Positions 27,300 to 41,859 of a DNA stretch of 64,000 nucleotides are shown in pieces. The notes below the pieces were generated by a model that ran no database searches, was not told the DNA's origin, and saw only the letters and a program-made list of their open reading frames with translations. How positions within the stretch are numbered: position 1 is the stretch's first letter; each line of letters opens with the position of its first letter. The stretch is taken from the NCBI GenBank assembly GCA_964016885.1, contig OZ024742.1:68758001-68822000 (forward strand), in the 5' to 3' direction. The DNA comes from Eledone cirrhosa. Lineage: Eukaryota. Both the position numbers and the translations under genes were made by a program.

Positions 27300-28310
27300 T
27301 AGTGGACCTGATATCACTGCTCTACACCAACACCAAGCCCAAGTCATTACACCTGATGGGATGACAGAGTTCTTTGAGATACTGGCTGGAGTGCTCCAGG
27401 GAGACACATTGGCTCCCTACCTTTTTATCATCGTAGTGGACTATTGTATGCGCTTTGCACTGGAGAAACACCAGGACTTTAGCTTTACTGTAACACCGGC
27501 TCAGAGCAGGAGAGTTAAAACAAAAAAGATATCAGATGCTGAATTGCCGATGACATAGTTTTGGTGACAAACACAGTAAAGGAGGCAGAGGATTTGATGC
27601 AGGAGGTTGAGACTGTGTCGATGAGTGTGGGGCTGAGAATGAATGAAATTAAGACAAAATATCTGGTAGAGAATATTAAAAAGCCAGAGAAGATTACTAA
27701 TGTAGGCGGGAAGCCGCTAGAATTGGTTGAGGACTTCCTGTATTTGGGAGCAAAGATTGGGAATACGGAAGATGATGTGGTTGAGAGGAAGAGCAAAGCC
27801 TGGGCGGTGTGCCACAGCTTGAGATAGGTGTGCAAGTCGGACCTTCGTAAAAACCTGAAGATCCGCCTCTTCATTGCTGTAGTGGAGTCTGTGCTGCTGT
27901 ACGGGTCTGAGACTTGGACACTGACCAAGAAACTCACTCAGATGGTGGATGGGTGCTACACGAGAATGCTGAGGATGGCTCTGAATATTAATCAGTATAC
28001 ACTGAGGATGAAGAACTCAGAGCTGTACGGGAGCCTCCCAAAAGTCAGCTCAAAAGTGACACAGAAGAGACTGAGGTTAGCTGGACATGCTCACCGACAT
28101 CCAGAGTTGACACTGCACTCAGTGCTCCTGTGGAAGCTCCTGCATGGACACACTGGAAGAGGAAGACCGAAGTTAACTTATGTTGATGCCCTAAGGACAG
28201 ACATTGGTTTGTTGGAGACGCAGGACATGGCAGCGATAATGAGGGACAGAGACCGCTGGCGAGAACTCGTCCATGGATCTCGGGAATTTTACCCGCCCTA
28301 AATAGATAGA
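27300..28310 (+). mobile_element. 5'-truncated RTE/RTEX-type LINE (third lineage)
   Basis: GVLQGDTLAPYLFIIVVD, frameshifted ADD, DFLYLG, VESVLLYGSETW, RLRLAGH and GRGRP in ORFs 27361-28301. Confidence 0.9.
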
Positions 28311-29394
28311 TACACAAACCTAAGCACCTTCTAAAAAACTTTGAAACAAAATTACCAGCAACACAATCAAACAGAACATACATCCAAACCAATAACGACA
28401 TCATCTATATAGCCACACATCCAGGGAACACTTAACCCCTATAACTTGCACACTTTAATATATGTATGTTTTATTACATAAAGGCTACACCCTACACACA
28501 AAGCCAGCAAATCACATCCCATACCTCATATTTCTAATCCATATACCCCACTCTATACAACTTTGTTCCACATATCTGCATTCCCAAGCTCTACAGGCTT
28601 ATAAATCCTCCAATACGACCATCATGGTAGAAGAGTTAATAAGGATTTTGTATTCATACTCACAAAATTTAATTTAATATTAAATCGAGTTATTCATATA
28701 TTTATTTGTATTTATCTACATACCTAAGCATCTGTATACTCCACCAATTCAAGTTTTCACATAATCTATGATTTTGATAATATCTACACATTTTCAATGA
28801 CAATTTTCACAATGTTCATCCTATAATTACAAATTCTATCATGAGAATTTTGTCCAATTGTTAAATGGATTTCTCTATACTCTTCAATGATTTGTATCTA
28901 CATCCTCCACTGTTTGCCAATCCATGCATTTATAATTCTTAAACATCTGTGATACAAGTATTTTTTTTATCCGCACCTTTGCGTCATCTCCACACATTCT
29001 TTCCTATTCCCTATATATGTTTATAGTGGTTACATACCCAAGAGATGTTGGTTTCATGCATCTGCATAACCAGTGCATATAATCAATTATCTTTGAGAGT
29101 ATCCATATAGCTGGATTGTTACATTTCTGTATAGTTACTAGACTATCATAAATTTGGAATTCTGTATTCTCTATCTCTTTATATACTTGTAATTTTGTAA
29201 TTTTCTAAGCCTGTATTTCTGTTCATCATAACTGTTCTATCTGTCATTCAACCACTGTTGCACATCTGCACATACAGTTATATATGCAAGCATGGATGTA
29301 CAGCATCTGCATACCCATTAATTTGTGTGACCCACTGCGCAATCACATGTGGGTATTGTAATGACATATACAAAAGTTTACTATCAACTACATG

Positions 29395-31996
29395 GTCATG
29401 TAGGACAGCACCAGGATGAATACACTGGGGTACATGGTGGTTATAGTTATGGCTCAAGAAACAAAGGAGTGAGGCTTCTTGAATTTTGTGATGCAAGTGA
29501 ACTAACCCTTTACAACACTAATTTCAGGAAACCTGCCAATCACCTAATCACCTACAAATCAGGCAAGCACATAAGCCAGATTGATTTCTTGCTAGTTAGG
29601 CAATGAGACAGACAGATGGTTACGAATACTAAGTGTTACCCTGGGGAAGAATGTACCCCCAACATAGGTTATTCATTAGTGATAGGTTATTCATTAGTGA
29701 CATCTCAATAGACAAGAGACAGAATGAGACACACAGGAAGGTATAGAAAAGGAAGGTCTGGAAGCTAAAGGACCTTTCACTTAAATATAAGTTTAGGAAA
29801 GTCCTACAAGATGTGTATGATGAGAAAGAAGGCGAATTAGAATTGTATGATACAGAAGATAACTGGAAGTTCTTGCATGACAACCTACTGCATGCAACTG
29901 AAGAGACTTGTGGCTGGAGCAAAGCTCTAACCAGACAGAGGGTGACTTGGTGGTGGAACAGCATGGTAGATAGAGCCATTAAAGACAAAAGACAAGCATG
30001 GAAGGATTAGAAAAAAGGGGAAGTAGAAACCAATACTCAGTTACTAAAAGAGAAGCTAGACATCAGGTATACATAGCATGCAGGGAAGCTGAAAGTAGGA
30101 GGTTTGCAATGTTCTGCAACGAGAGGATCAGAGACGTGCGGTGTTCCGCATTGGATCACAGTGTGTCAGTGTAAATCAGGATGTCGTTGGAGATAAGTAA
30201 GTCCGAAATGATGTGGATGCACTTAGCGTCACTGACACTCAGAAAAAGAAGGCCTGGAAATGTCATTATGAATGTTGAGAATGAATGGGAGAGAGAGAAA
30301 CTACCCCCAACAGACGGGCCAGCTATTGAGGTTGATGACTATAGGGTCAAAGAAGCAATTGAGGAAATGAAAAGTGGCAAGGCCGCTGGACCATCAGGGA
30401 TAGTTGCCAAGATGAGAATCAGGAGAAGTAGGAACTAAACTGGTTGCACGCATAGTCAATCAAGTTGTATATGGCGGAGTCATACCCAAAGACTGGTGCA
30501 GCAGTATTCTTGTAAATTGCTACAAAGGTAAAGGGGATGTTCTGGAGAGGAGCAATTATAGGGACATAAAACTGATGGATCAGGTTATGAAAGTGGCAGA
30601 AAGAATGCTAGCACAACTAATTAGAGAAAAGAGTCAAATTAGATGAGATGCAGTTTAGTTTTATGCCTGGGAAAAGTACAACAGATGCCCTCTTCTTAGT
30701 GAGACAACAACAAGAGAGGTTCTTAGAGGAGAATAAGCCACTATATTTAGCTTTTGTTGACCTAGAGAAGGCCTTTGATAGAGTATCCCGATATGTCATC
30801 TGGTGGTCCATAAGGAAACTAGGTGTAGAGGAATGGCTTGTGAGGACAGAGGAGCTATCAGTAAAATGAGAGTAGGAATGGAGTTTAGTGAGGAATTCCA
30901 GATACAAGTAGGAGTTCATCAGGGTTCAGTCCTCAGCCCACACTTATTCATTATAGTTCTTCAAGCCATAACAGAGGAGTTTAAGACTGGCTGCCCATGG
31001 GAACTGCTCTATGCTAACGATCTGGTACTTACAGCAGAATCAGTAGAGGAGCTAGAGAATATATTTTGGCTGTGGAAACAGCAGTTGGAATGAAGCGGAC
31101 TGAGAGTGAATCTAGCAAAGACAAAAGTGTTGATAAGTAGGAAAGAGGACAAGACTGATTCCATCAGGGAAATGGCCATGCTCGATATGTAGAAAAGGAG
31201 TTGGAATAAACTCTATAGAATGTACACAATGCAGATATTGGGTACACAAGAGGTGTAGTGGGATAGAAGACAAATTAATAGGAAAGGAAAACTTCATAAG
31301 TAGTAGATGTTCAGAGAAAATTGATAGTAGAAATGTCAGTGATATCAGAAATGTAGAAATGTCAGGCACATTTTTCAAATGCATGTAGAATCCATAGAGG
31401 TGGTTGATAGCGTCCGATATCGGTGATCAGATTAGCAAGGGACGAGGATGCTCTGAAGCCATAGTATCTAGAATAAAGACAGGATGGAAGAAGTTTAGGG
31501 AGCTGCTTCCTCTGTTGACAACGAAGGGTTTCTCCCTACAAACGAAAGGTCAGTTGTATGATGCCTGTGTGAGATGCACGATGCTGCATGGTAGTGAGAC
31601 ATGGGCAGCAACTGTGGAGGATATGCAAAGGCTGGAGAGAAATGAAGCAACCATGCTCTGGTGAATGTGCTGTGTCAATGTGTGTCAATGACCAAGCATG
31701 GATGAGTTGAGAGTGAACTGTGTATAAGAGGAATAAACTGTAGTGTGCAAGAGAGAAGACTGCGTTGGTGTGGCCTTGTGATGCGCATGGAAGATGACCG
31801 TTAGGTGAAGAAGTGCCAAGAAATCCTGGTGGAAGGAAGACCATGAAAAATATGGGCAGAGGTGGTAAGAGCTGACCTCAGATCACTGAAGCTCACAGAG
31901 GAGATGACGAAGGACTGTGACAAATGGAGAGATGCTGTGCTGAAGAGGACCCGTCCCACCCTTGCAAGCAAGGAAAAGCAGATGTATGATGATGAT
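29395..31996 (+). mobile_element. Decayed RTE lineage-B LINE (APE to RT to C-terminus)
   Basis: ORF pieces QIDFLL, FVDLEKAFDRV and QGSVLSP with many stops and frameshifts; GAT tail; colinear with 61131-63720. Confidence 0.92.
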
Positions 31997-32899
31997 GGTA
32001 CTTCTGGTGAGCCCTCTGAGTATTTGTACAAATTTATTCTACTAACTACTGTTCATTTTCTATAGGATGGATAGAGGAGGTGGGGGAGAAAGCAAGGGAG
32101 AAGGTGGAAAGAAGAAGGTACAAAGTAAAGTGGGGAGTATATGGGTGGAAAAAGAAAGGGAAAAAGAAAAAAGAGAGGAAGAAATTGGCTAAAAAAGAAG
32201 ACAAAAAATGAGAAAGGGAAATAGAAGCTGGGAATGAAAGAAAGAAAGATAAGAAAAAAAGGAAGGTAAGAAAAAAGAAGAAAGGAAAGAAAAGAGTCAA
32301 GAATATAGTGGGAAGAGTAAGCTGACAGAGAAAAAGGAAGTTGAAGACCATTCATAAAGTTGACAGGTGTGTAAAGGTGTGGTAGAAGTAACAGTGTGGC
32401 TAAAATAGGAAATCCATCATCCATCTAGAAATGCATGCACAAGTGAGTTGTAGTTGTGGAGGTGACGGTGTTGGTGACTGAGGTTCCCCAAGAAACAATA
32501 AAAAGTAGATAAAAGGAAGAATTAAAATGCGCAGAAGTATTCTGAATTCATAGAATAAAAATCAATAATGGTTTCTAATTTAGGCACAAGGCCAGCAATT
32601 TGGGGAATGGAAAGTTGATTATATCAACACAAGCACATAACAGGTTTATCATCTCTGGAAAGAGGAAAAACAGAAATGACAACAATCATGGAGTTAAAAA
32701 ATAATTATATTAAATTAAAAAAGAGAAATAATTTTGGATTGGGTAATGAGTGAAAGTAAGAAAAACTAGTGTGTAAGGTACAGAGGACATATAAGAAGGT
32801 AAGTATTTTGTTGGTGGTAGTGGCTAAGAATGAGATTATTGGGAGAATAAAGAGCTGCAGGTATAGGAGAGGTTTTGAAATCTAACTAGACATTACCCG

Positions 32900-34080
32900 A
32901 ATCACTGATGGTGGCTCATGGGTGGATGTTATTTATCTTGACTTTGCTAAAGCTATTAATTCTGTGCAACACAAAAGAATTATGGCAAAACTCTCTGCAA
33001 TGGGTGTGAGAGATGATCTTTATAACTGGTCGAAGTCCTTTATTTTCACAGTTCTAAAACAGCATTCTTCACACTAAGAGATGACATCTGGTGTACCATA
33101 GGGATCTGTTCTCGTTCCCTTTTGTTTGTTGCATATATTAATGTCTGATGCCAGCTTAAAGAATGCCACAGTGCTGAAATACACAGATGACATCAAGCTG
33201 TATCTTGAGATAAAAAGGACAGATCCTGTACGCTATGGATCTTTCCTGTAACCAGACCTGGACATAATACAACTCAAGCTGGCTGTAGACAAGTGTACCC
33301 CCATGCATTTTGGGAGGAAAAACCCAGCATTCATATACTCCCTTCACAAAACCAATCTCAAGAAGTCTTCTTCTGAAAGTGACCTGGGCATTATTGTCAA
33401 CAGCGATTTGTGTTGGACAAAACAAATCTCTAAAATTGTTAAGAAGGCCGAGTGTGTCTTACCATCTCTCAGCAAGACCTTTGTCAGCTGCTCTCCAGCT
33501 ATCTATTTAAAGCTGTATATAGCTATGGTACGTCCACACTTGAATTTGCATCACCAGTCTGAAACCCCTATCTTGCTCAGAATACTGACCTCCATCAGGC
33601 ATCTACCATACTCTTAACTCCTTGCTTCTCTGGGCATGGATACATTAAAGCTCCAACATCTGGCAACTGACTTGGTAGACACCCACAACCATCTTTCCAA
33701 TAACAACCCTGAACACCTTTGTGATTTCCATGTGTCTAACACCTAAGGACATGCTTACAAAATCAGAAAATAGTACAGCACCCATGACTTTCAGAAACAT
33801 TTTTTCATGTCCAGAGTTGCTGAAGCATGGAACAAACTACCTGCATCAGTTGTTAGCTGTCAGGACACTGCATCCTTCAAAACTTCCATGCTTCCCGAAA
33901 TTCGCCAACACTACACCTGATATTTCCCTCCGTACACATGCATGCATGTGTATGCGTGTCTGTGTATATATCATGACTTGTATACTGTTCACTTTCCTAA
34001 TATTGGTACATTACTCTATGTACTATACATGCACCTTTGATGAGTTGTAGTGCACCTGAGTACTGTACACAATAATTTTG
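32900..34080 (+). mobile_element. Decayed CR1-clade LINE 3' portion
   Basis: DVIYLDFAK, SGVP.GSVL, YTDDIKLY, MHFGRKN, SDLGIIV, LYIAMVRPHL and RVAEAWNKLPASVV. Confidence 0.85.
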
Positions 34081-34088
34081 ATTATTAT

Positions 34089-35843
34089 AGTGCAGTTTGG
34101 GTTTGTGTCAGGTAAAAGTACCACAGATGCTTTTTTCCTTGTACGGCAACTACAAGAGAAGTACCTAGCTAAAAGTAAACACCTCTACTTAGCTTTTGTA
34201 GACCTGGAGAAAGCCTTTGACAGAGTCCCCCACTCCATTATCTGGTGGGCTCTTAGAAAACTAGGTGTAGATGAATGGCTTGTGAGAGCTATACAAGCTA
34301 TGTATAATGAAACAGTCAGTAAGGTTAGAATTAACAATGAATATTGTGAAGAATTTAGTGTAAAAGTTGGCATTTATCAAGGGTCAGTCCTTAGCCCCCT
34401 CCTATTTATTATTGCCCTTCAGGCTATATCAGAGGAGTTCAAGACCGGCTGCCCATGGGAACTCCTATACGCAGATGATCTAATGCTCATAGCTGAATCA
34501 ATGGCTGAACTAGAGAAGAAATTCCAAACATGGAAACATGGCCTAGAATCAAAAGGCCTTAAAGTTAACTTGTCTAAGACTAAAGTTCTAGATTGTAGAA
34601 AGGAAAATAGGGTACAGGTGCCTCAGGGAAATGGCCATGCTCAGTGTGTAGGAAAGGAGTAGGCAGAAATTCCATTTTATGTCCCAAATGCAAAGTATGG
34701 GTACATAAAAGAAGTAGTGGCATCACAGGTAAATTATCTAAGAACGTAGACTTTATATGTGGCCAATGCTCAGGTGCAATAAGTAGCAAGTGTCCACAGG
34801 ATACTAGCTCCTTCTATTACCCAGATGATTCTATAGAAATAGTAGACACTTTCTGTTACCTGGGTGACAAAATCAGCCGTGGTGGAGGGTGTTCTGAAAG
34901 TACGGTAGCCAGAGTCAGAACGGGATGGAAAAAGTTCAGAGAGCTTATACTGCTGTTGGCCACAAAAGGTTTCTCTCTAAAAATGAAAGGCAGATTGTAT
35001 AATGCCTGTATACGAACAGCAATGCTACATGGCAGTGAGACATGGGCATTACGTACAGAGGACCTGCGCAGACTGGAAAGGAACGAAGCATGCATGCTCC
35101 GTTGGATGTGTAATAGTAATATACGTGAACGGCAAAGCATAAATGAACTAAGTGAGAAATTAGGAATAAGAGGGATCAGATGCTGTTTACTTCAGAGAAG
35201 ACTACATTGGTATGGTCACGTGATGCGCATGAAAGACGACAGCTGCATAAAAAAGTGCAGAGTGATCAAAATTGATGGTAGTTACGGAGTAGGTAGACCC
35301 ATAAAAACCTGGGACGATCTGATAAATTCTGACCTTACACACTTGCACCTCTCTAAGACAATGTCACTGGACCGAGATCTTTGGCGCTACGCAGTAATAC
35401 AGAAGACCCGCCTTGCCTATGTACAAAGCGAAACCTACAGTCAGTAGGCACCTCCTAACCAAATATACACCCCAATCCACTACCCCTACCCTATCCTCCC
35501 ACCAACACCACTGCCTCTCTGTAAAGTTGCTACCACAACATCCAGTCCAAATAAATGAGATTGAGATTGTGTAGTGTCACGACAGAAAAAAAATAGGAAA
35601 AAAACAAAAAAACTCAGTCACGCTGTAATGTGGCCGTGTAGGTAACATGGTTAAAAGTTCTCAGTTCCACACTGTAAATGTGGTTGGTGTTAGGAAGGGC
35701 ATCCAGCCGTAGAAAGCCTGCCAGATAGTCCTATATGAGCGAGACACGGTCACCCGACCAACCTTGCCTCAAGTGGCACAACTCCCGTCTAACCCATGCT
35801 AGCGTGGAAGATGGACGTTAAACGATAATGATGATGATGATAG
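34089..35843 (+). mobile_element. 5'-truncated RTE lineage-A LINE
   Basis: ORF 34078-34662 (RT, YADD) and ORF 34644-35447 joined by one frameshift; ~400-bp 3' UTR; (GAT)n tail. Confidence 0.95.
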
Positions 35844-37051
35844 TAGGCTACTATGCTTATAAGATCAAATTCCAATATATCTGGGTGTACAAACTCAAAG
35901 ACATATGTATAGATATAATTATCATCATCATGTATATATGAATACGTGGTTAAAAAATTAATTTTGCGACCATGCAGTCTTAGGTTTAATCCCACGGCAT
36001 GGTGCCTTATAAACATCAGTCCAAATGCCTTGTAATTGAATTTAGTGCGTGTCTTTATCTTTCTGCATTTGACCACACAAGTGGTTAAATTTGTATATAT
36101 TCCAGATAAAAATCATCCTACATAGTGGTTAGACATGCAAAGTTCTGTACTTTGAAAGATGGCTCAGGCCATATAATTCTACCATCAAAAGTATCATAAA
36201 ATTGATGATGATGAGCTCTAAATATATACAACCATAACTGTTAAACATTATCATGAACACAAAGTGACTCCAAATCAATGTTATACATTATCTCTAATAC
36301 CAACCACACACATAATCCAAACCTACCCTACGATATACATACCACAATAGACAAAGTGAAAAGTGAAAAGCAAATTATGTTCAGAACTATATCCAAAATG
36401 AACTCAGTAGTATAAAAATAACCAAACCTATACTAAATCCTGGTATGGAGGCAACATATATTATCAAGTGATAGCTGTCATGTTATGTAGTTTCTATGTA
36501 TCTGCAGTGGCCATTACACCATTACATTTGGGTACAGGTTGGCGTTCAGTTTAGGGTATTTACATATTACATACACACATAAATATACATACAGATCATC
36601 GTCATCATCGTGCGTGCGTGCGTGTGTGCATGTAATTGTGTATTTCTTTCATTCCTTTACATTCAACTTTACTACCAGTGATAATTGTAGACATAAATGG
36701 AGATTCCACTCCTCAGTAGTTAGATGTGCAAAGATTAGTACCTTACCTTAAAAAAATAAAAAGCATCAGTCTGTAAATTTCTACTTCAGAAGTCTTGTCC
36801 TGTCTATGTCACCATGAGAAAACAACTGTAAAACCGATGATTATGATTATTATATATAATATATATAAACATATGCAATAACCAAAGTGTTTTAAGGCCA
36901 TTTTCCCTGTTAAAGCAGAAGTTAGCATTGCAAGTTTCATACATATTATGGGTTCTTATATGAGAATGTTTCCTGGAGCCCTTTTAGTTGCCTCTTACAA
37001 CAAACATATAAAAATACAACATACCTATTCTAAACCAGATTACACATTATG

Positions 37052-37087
<36 letters not shown>

Positions 37088-37145
37088 TCTGAATTTGGCA
37101 ACATGACCCTCCCAAAGTATAACAATATATATATATATATATATA

Positions 37146-37554
37146 GAAAGGATAAAAAGGATGATTGATTATTCCTTCATTGCATTTATTGATAGGTGAC
37201 GCGCGTTTCGCCACTGATCAGCTCAAGGTTCGATCTATATCGATCCTACCCGACTCAATAATCGGCAGCTCGACGGACCCTCTTAAAATGCTATAAGAAA
37301 ATGAAATACATGCTATGTGGTAAAGTCAGAGATTCAAGAGTTTGACAAAATGAGTTGTTTTGATTGGTGGGAAGGATCAAGGCGATGTACTGGCCTGTAG
37401 TGGATATGGGGGTGGGTGTGATGGTGAGATGGTGACGGTCGGTGGATGAGATGGGCTGTGGTGTGGTGGTGGTGGTGAGTTGGCCTTGGCGTGTGAACCT
37501 AAACATCGAGTGCTCTCCCGGGTGAACCTGCAGTAACTCCTAGTTACACCCCCT

Positions 37555-37556
<2 letters not shown>
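37146..37556 (-). mobile_element. Short TA-flanked PLE-type terminal module with degenerate hammerhead (37195-37279)
   Basis: Minus strand reads ggt-CCGTCGA-...-ggc-GAAAC-gcgc-GTC-acc, then tatc and AATAAA; (TA)n on both sides. Confidence 0.5.
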
Positions 37557-37590
<34 letters not shown>

Positions 37591-37593
<3 letters not shown>

Positions 37594-37830
37594 GTAAGTC
37601 CATAGAATCATTAGATAAAATATATACAGTATTTCTTCTCCCAATCAGCATACTCAACCATAATCAATCAATTAAACGAGGCTATAAATTTAAAATATAC
37701 ATATGAAGAGATAAATAAATGATAGCTTTTTATCTGCAATTCACAGCCACAGAAAATTTACCAAGTATTTCTGATAGCCTGAGAAGAAATTATATATATT
37801 TTATCTAATGATTCTATGGACTTACTTTCT
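37591..37830. mobile_element. MITE-like element with ~35-60 bp TIRs within (TA)n
   Basis: aaagtaagtccatagaatcattagataaaatatata is inverted at ~37794-37828. Confidence 0.75.
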
Positions 37831-38284
37831 TATATATTGCTCTGATTGTTGATTATTTAATTAATTAATTCGTCATTGAGCCACACCGTGAATGGTTGCC
37901 AAAAACATATATATATATATATATATATCTATGGCTCTGTCTAGTTTATGCATATAAACTTCTAAATTTTATATATATATATATATATAATGACGTATTA
38001 TATTCGTTTTTTCCAGTTCTTTGCCAGGGAATGTTTCCACGAACCAAAGTATCGTCTTCTTGTCTTCCTCCAGTTGCAACGTTTTTTGAAATATTCACTT
38101 ATGCGTTCACAGATTGACTTTGTTAGATTCAGAAGATCTCGTTAAGGGTGAAAGCAGCGATTCTTTGCTTAAACTTTAATCTGTTATTTTAATAAATATT
38201 TGCTCTACGGTTCTTATATATTTGATATATATTTATCTTTATCAAGCCCTCTTTGGATTTTAGTCTTCAAATTTATTATTATTA

Positions 38285-38323
38285 CTATATCTATCTATCT
38301 ATATATATATATATATATATATC

Positions 38324-38380
<57 letters not shown>

Positions 38381-38403
38381 ATCTCTATCTATCTATCTAT
38401 ATA

Positions 38404-38437
<34 letters not shown>
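38285..38437. repeat. (TATC)n/(TA)n compound microsatellite
   Basis: Directly visible. Confidence 0.95.
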
Positions 38438-38440
<3 letters not shown>

Positions 38441-40416
38441 AAATAAAGATCCGAAGGCATGGTATAAATTTCAAGAGATAGATCGATAAGGTTTCAAGAG
38501 ATAGATCGATCGTGTAGCCATGATCGATTATCACTGATCTCGTCAGGTGAAAATGCATTGTCTACAAATCCTTGATATGAGGGAGAAAATTAACAATGTT
38601 CACTCACAGGGTTTAGTCCCTCATATGAAGATTAGGGTCATAAAACTATCAAGTCTCTATCTCCCAATAGATGTAAAAGACGCTGGACATCAATCAAATC
38701 CGTAGAATTACAGTCGGTCACAGTTAATGTGAGTGGGTATACACACACTCACACACACCGACGCGAGGTCAAAGAAAAAATATATATATACAAACATAGC
38801 ATCAAATCTGTAGAACTATAGACGGTCACAGTTAGTATAAGTGAGTATACACACACTCACACACACCGACGCGAGGTTAAAGAAAAAATATAAATATACC
38901 AACATAGTATTCGCCGAAATGTTATATTGGTCAAATCTCAATTTGCCGATGTGAATTGGAAAATTTGAGTCAACCGCAACCCTATACACACGCAAGTAAG
39001 TTCAGTTCAATGTTCTGCTATACGTGTATAGATTGAATTGTAACATCCATATCTCCAAATAGTGTATGTTATGCTATATACACATCCGTATCGTCCAAAA
39101 AAGTGTATGTTATGGTATATACACATCCATGTGAAGATCAAGTAGTCAGCTCATATCGAACTCAGTATGTGCCGTTGTCCCATTGAGAATCTGAGTCCCC
39201 AAATCTGTGCGTGCAAGCAACCGCTATGTAGGCCACCAAGGGGCTCTGTGTTGGGTTGGGTATTTGGATTAAGGTGTCAGTATGTGCAATTTCCCTTGGG
39301 CTTTTAAGATAGGTGTGAGTCGTGGAGGTGTTATCCAACACAAAAGGTAAAATATAATAACAAAGAATAGCAAAACCCAGAGGATGTGTGTAGGCCCATT
39401 AATGGTGTGTAAGTATTATTGTCCAATCTGTAACCGTGAGCACTCCATGGTTAGATGATCACGGATCAAAACCTCGTGTAGTGTTCAATCGATAGGAACG
39501 TGACCAGTAATAACTGTGGGAACTCAGTGTCTAAAGAAACCGGGTACTGTGTGTAGAGTTATGTATAGAGAGCATAATCGGTCTTAACTGAGTGTGTAAT
39601 ACGTCTAGCTATATCATAACCGAGAGAACTCAATTGTTAGCGTATCCTAAAGTAATGGTGAATGCGCGTAATCGGTCTTACCCGAGTGTGTAATTATTCT
39701 AACTATTTACTATAGCTTAGCTATACTAGTGGTCAGGCCAGTGGAGTAAGGGAGGTTATACCACAGGATTTTTCTGGTCCGATGCCTCTTGTTCTTACTA
39801 TCTATACAAGAGTTACCTGTCTCCTTAGTAGCTACTGGTCTATTATAACTGAAAACTGCCTGTGGGTTGATGGTGTCCTGGGGTGTCCCGATTGTGTTCG
39901 GAATTGTCCCGCCTCCGGGGCGGTGTACCCCCTGTGCAGCTATTGGGATTACCCTCGATAGCTGGGGTTATATCCACTATGCGCCTGCTACATTTATCCC
40001 TATTCCCTCTACCTGACCCTCGTTCCATTTTATGTTCAATGGTTGTTTTATCAGTTCTACAATTAAGGTTACAATTAGAGTTTCCGTTGGTATTACGGTG
40101 CTCAGACCCTGTGTTTGTACCTGGGTGATTGTTTCCATTGGTGCCATCAACATTGGGACTAGGAGGCAATACACCATGAAGTCTATATTGATCCTCCCTA
40201 GCATCCCGCCTGCTGTTAACTAAAGTGTCACTATTTTGGCCTAAGCTATCGCAGGCAATGTTGCTACTACTATTTAATGGACGTTTGAAGGAGATTCCCT
40301 CGCTATGCCGCGGATAGAGTAACCTATGACGACTTGATAATCAGAGAACTTAGAAAAGCTACAAAAAAACTACACGGGCCAACCTGGATTTAATCAACAC
40401 GGAGGCCAATAGCGTC

Positions 40417-41370
40417 ATGACTAAACTGGGTATTGAAGATAAAACTGAACCCTTCCATCCTAGAATTCCGACGATTTTATTGAAAGACCATAAATTAAAC
40501 TTTGAATCATCAAGACCTGTCAGGCTGATAGCCCCTTCGAAGTTGGACATAGGAATCGTGAGTAAAAACATCCTTGATAAAATAATCCCCACTCTAGTTA
40601 GGAGATCGAAGCTTAAATTATGGTCAGGAACTAGTGAGGTAATTAACTGGTTTGAGAAATCGCAGAATAAGAATAGCACTAAGGTTATACAGTTCGATAT
40701 CTCGAACTACTACTCTTTGATCTCTCCAACTCTTCTAGGTAAGGCCCTAAACTTTGCTAGCTTACACACCAACCTTACATCTGAAGAAATTAACATTATT
40801 CTCCTAGCTAGGAAAACCTTAATTGAGTTCAACGGTGACTTGTGGACCAGGAAAGATTGGCTGGACAATTTCGACATCACCATGGGATCCACGGACTCGG
40901 CCCAGGTGACGGGTCTGGTGGGCCTTTACTTCCTCAACTGTCTCGGAGTGGAAATGCCCCACTTGGGAGGTGGCGCTTACCGTGACGATGTTTTGTTTAC
41001 TGTGTTGTTCCATAATAATAGTATGGTAGAGAGGGTGAGGAAAAAACTAAGCAAATTCTTCAACAACATAGACCTAAGTATAGTGTTTGAAGAAAACCTG
41101 AAGATAGTTAATTTTCTAGATGTTACACTTAACCTCAATTCAAGACTCTTCCCACCCTACCACAAACCCAACGAAAATTTAAATTATGTCAATGAAAAAT
41201 CGAACCACCCTAGAATAGTCACTAACGGTATTACCAAAAGCGACTCTAGTAGAATTTCAGGACTATCTTCCAATGAAGATACCTTTGATAGGATCTCGAA
41301 TTACTATAATAGCGCACTGGAACGCGCGGGGCATAGCGAGGGAAGGAAATCTCATTCAAACGTCCATTAA
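40417..41370 (+). CDS. Penelope-like reverse transcriptase (5'-truncated, probably non-functional)
   Basis: 317-aa ORF with KDHK..F....VRLI, FDISNYY, MGS.DSA, YRDD, VNFLDVTLNL and YHKPN...YV...SNHP. Confidence 0.9.
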   Translation: MTKLGIEDKTEPFHPRIPTILLKDHKLNFESSRPVRLIAPSKLDIGIVSKNILDKIIPTLVRRSKLKLWSGTSEVINWFEKSQNKNSTKVIQFDISNYYSLISPTLLGKALNFASLHTNLTSEEINIILLARKTLIEFNGDLWTRKDWLDNFDITMGSTDSAQVTGLVGLYFLNCLGVEMPHLGGGAYRDDVLFTVLFHNNSMVERVRKKLSKFFNNIDLSIVFEENLKIVNFLDVTLNLNSRLFPPYHKPNENLNYVNEKSNHPRIVTNGITKSDSSRISGLSSNEDTFDRISNYYNSALERAGHSEGRKSHSNVH

Positions 41371-41859
41371 ATAGTAGTAGCAACATTGCTTGCGATAGCT
41401 TAGGCCAAAATAGTGACACTTTAGTTAACAGCAGGCGCAATGCGAGGGAGGATCAATATAGACTTCATGTTGTATTGCCTCCTAGTCCCAATGTCGATGG
41501 TACCAATGGAAACAATCACCCAGGTACAAACACGGAGTCTGAGCACCGTAATGCCAGCGGAAACTCTAATTGTAACCTTAATTGTAGGACTGATAAAACA
41601 ACCGTTGAACGTAAAATGGAACGAGGGTCGGGTAGAGGGAATAGGATAAATGTAGCAGGCGCATAGTGGATATAACCCCAGCTATCGAGGGTAATCCCAA
41701 TAGCTGCACGGGGGGGGGGTACACCGCCCCAGAGAGAGGGGACGATACCGAACACAATCGGGACACCCCAGGACACCATCGACCCACAGGCAGTTTTCAG
41801 ATATAATAGACCAGTAGCTACTAAGGAGACAGGTAACTCTAGTATAGATAGTAAGAACG

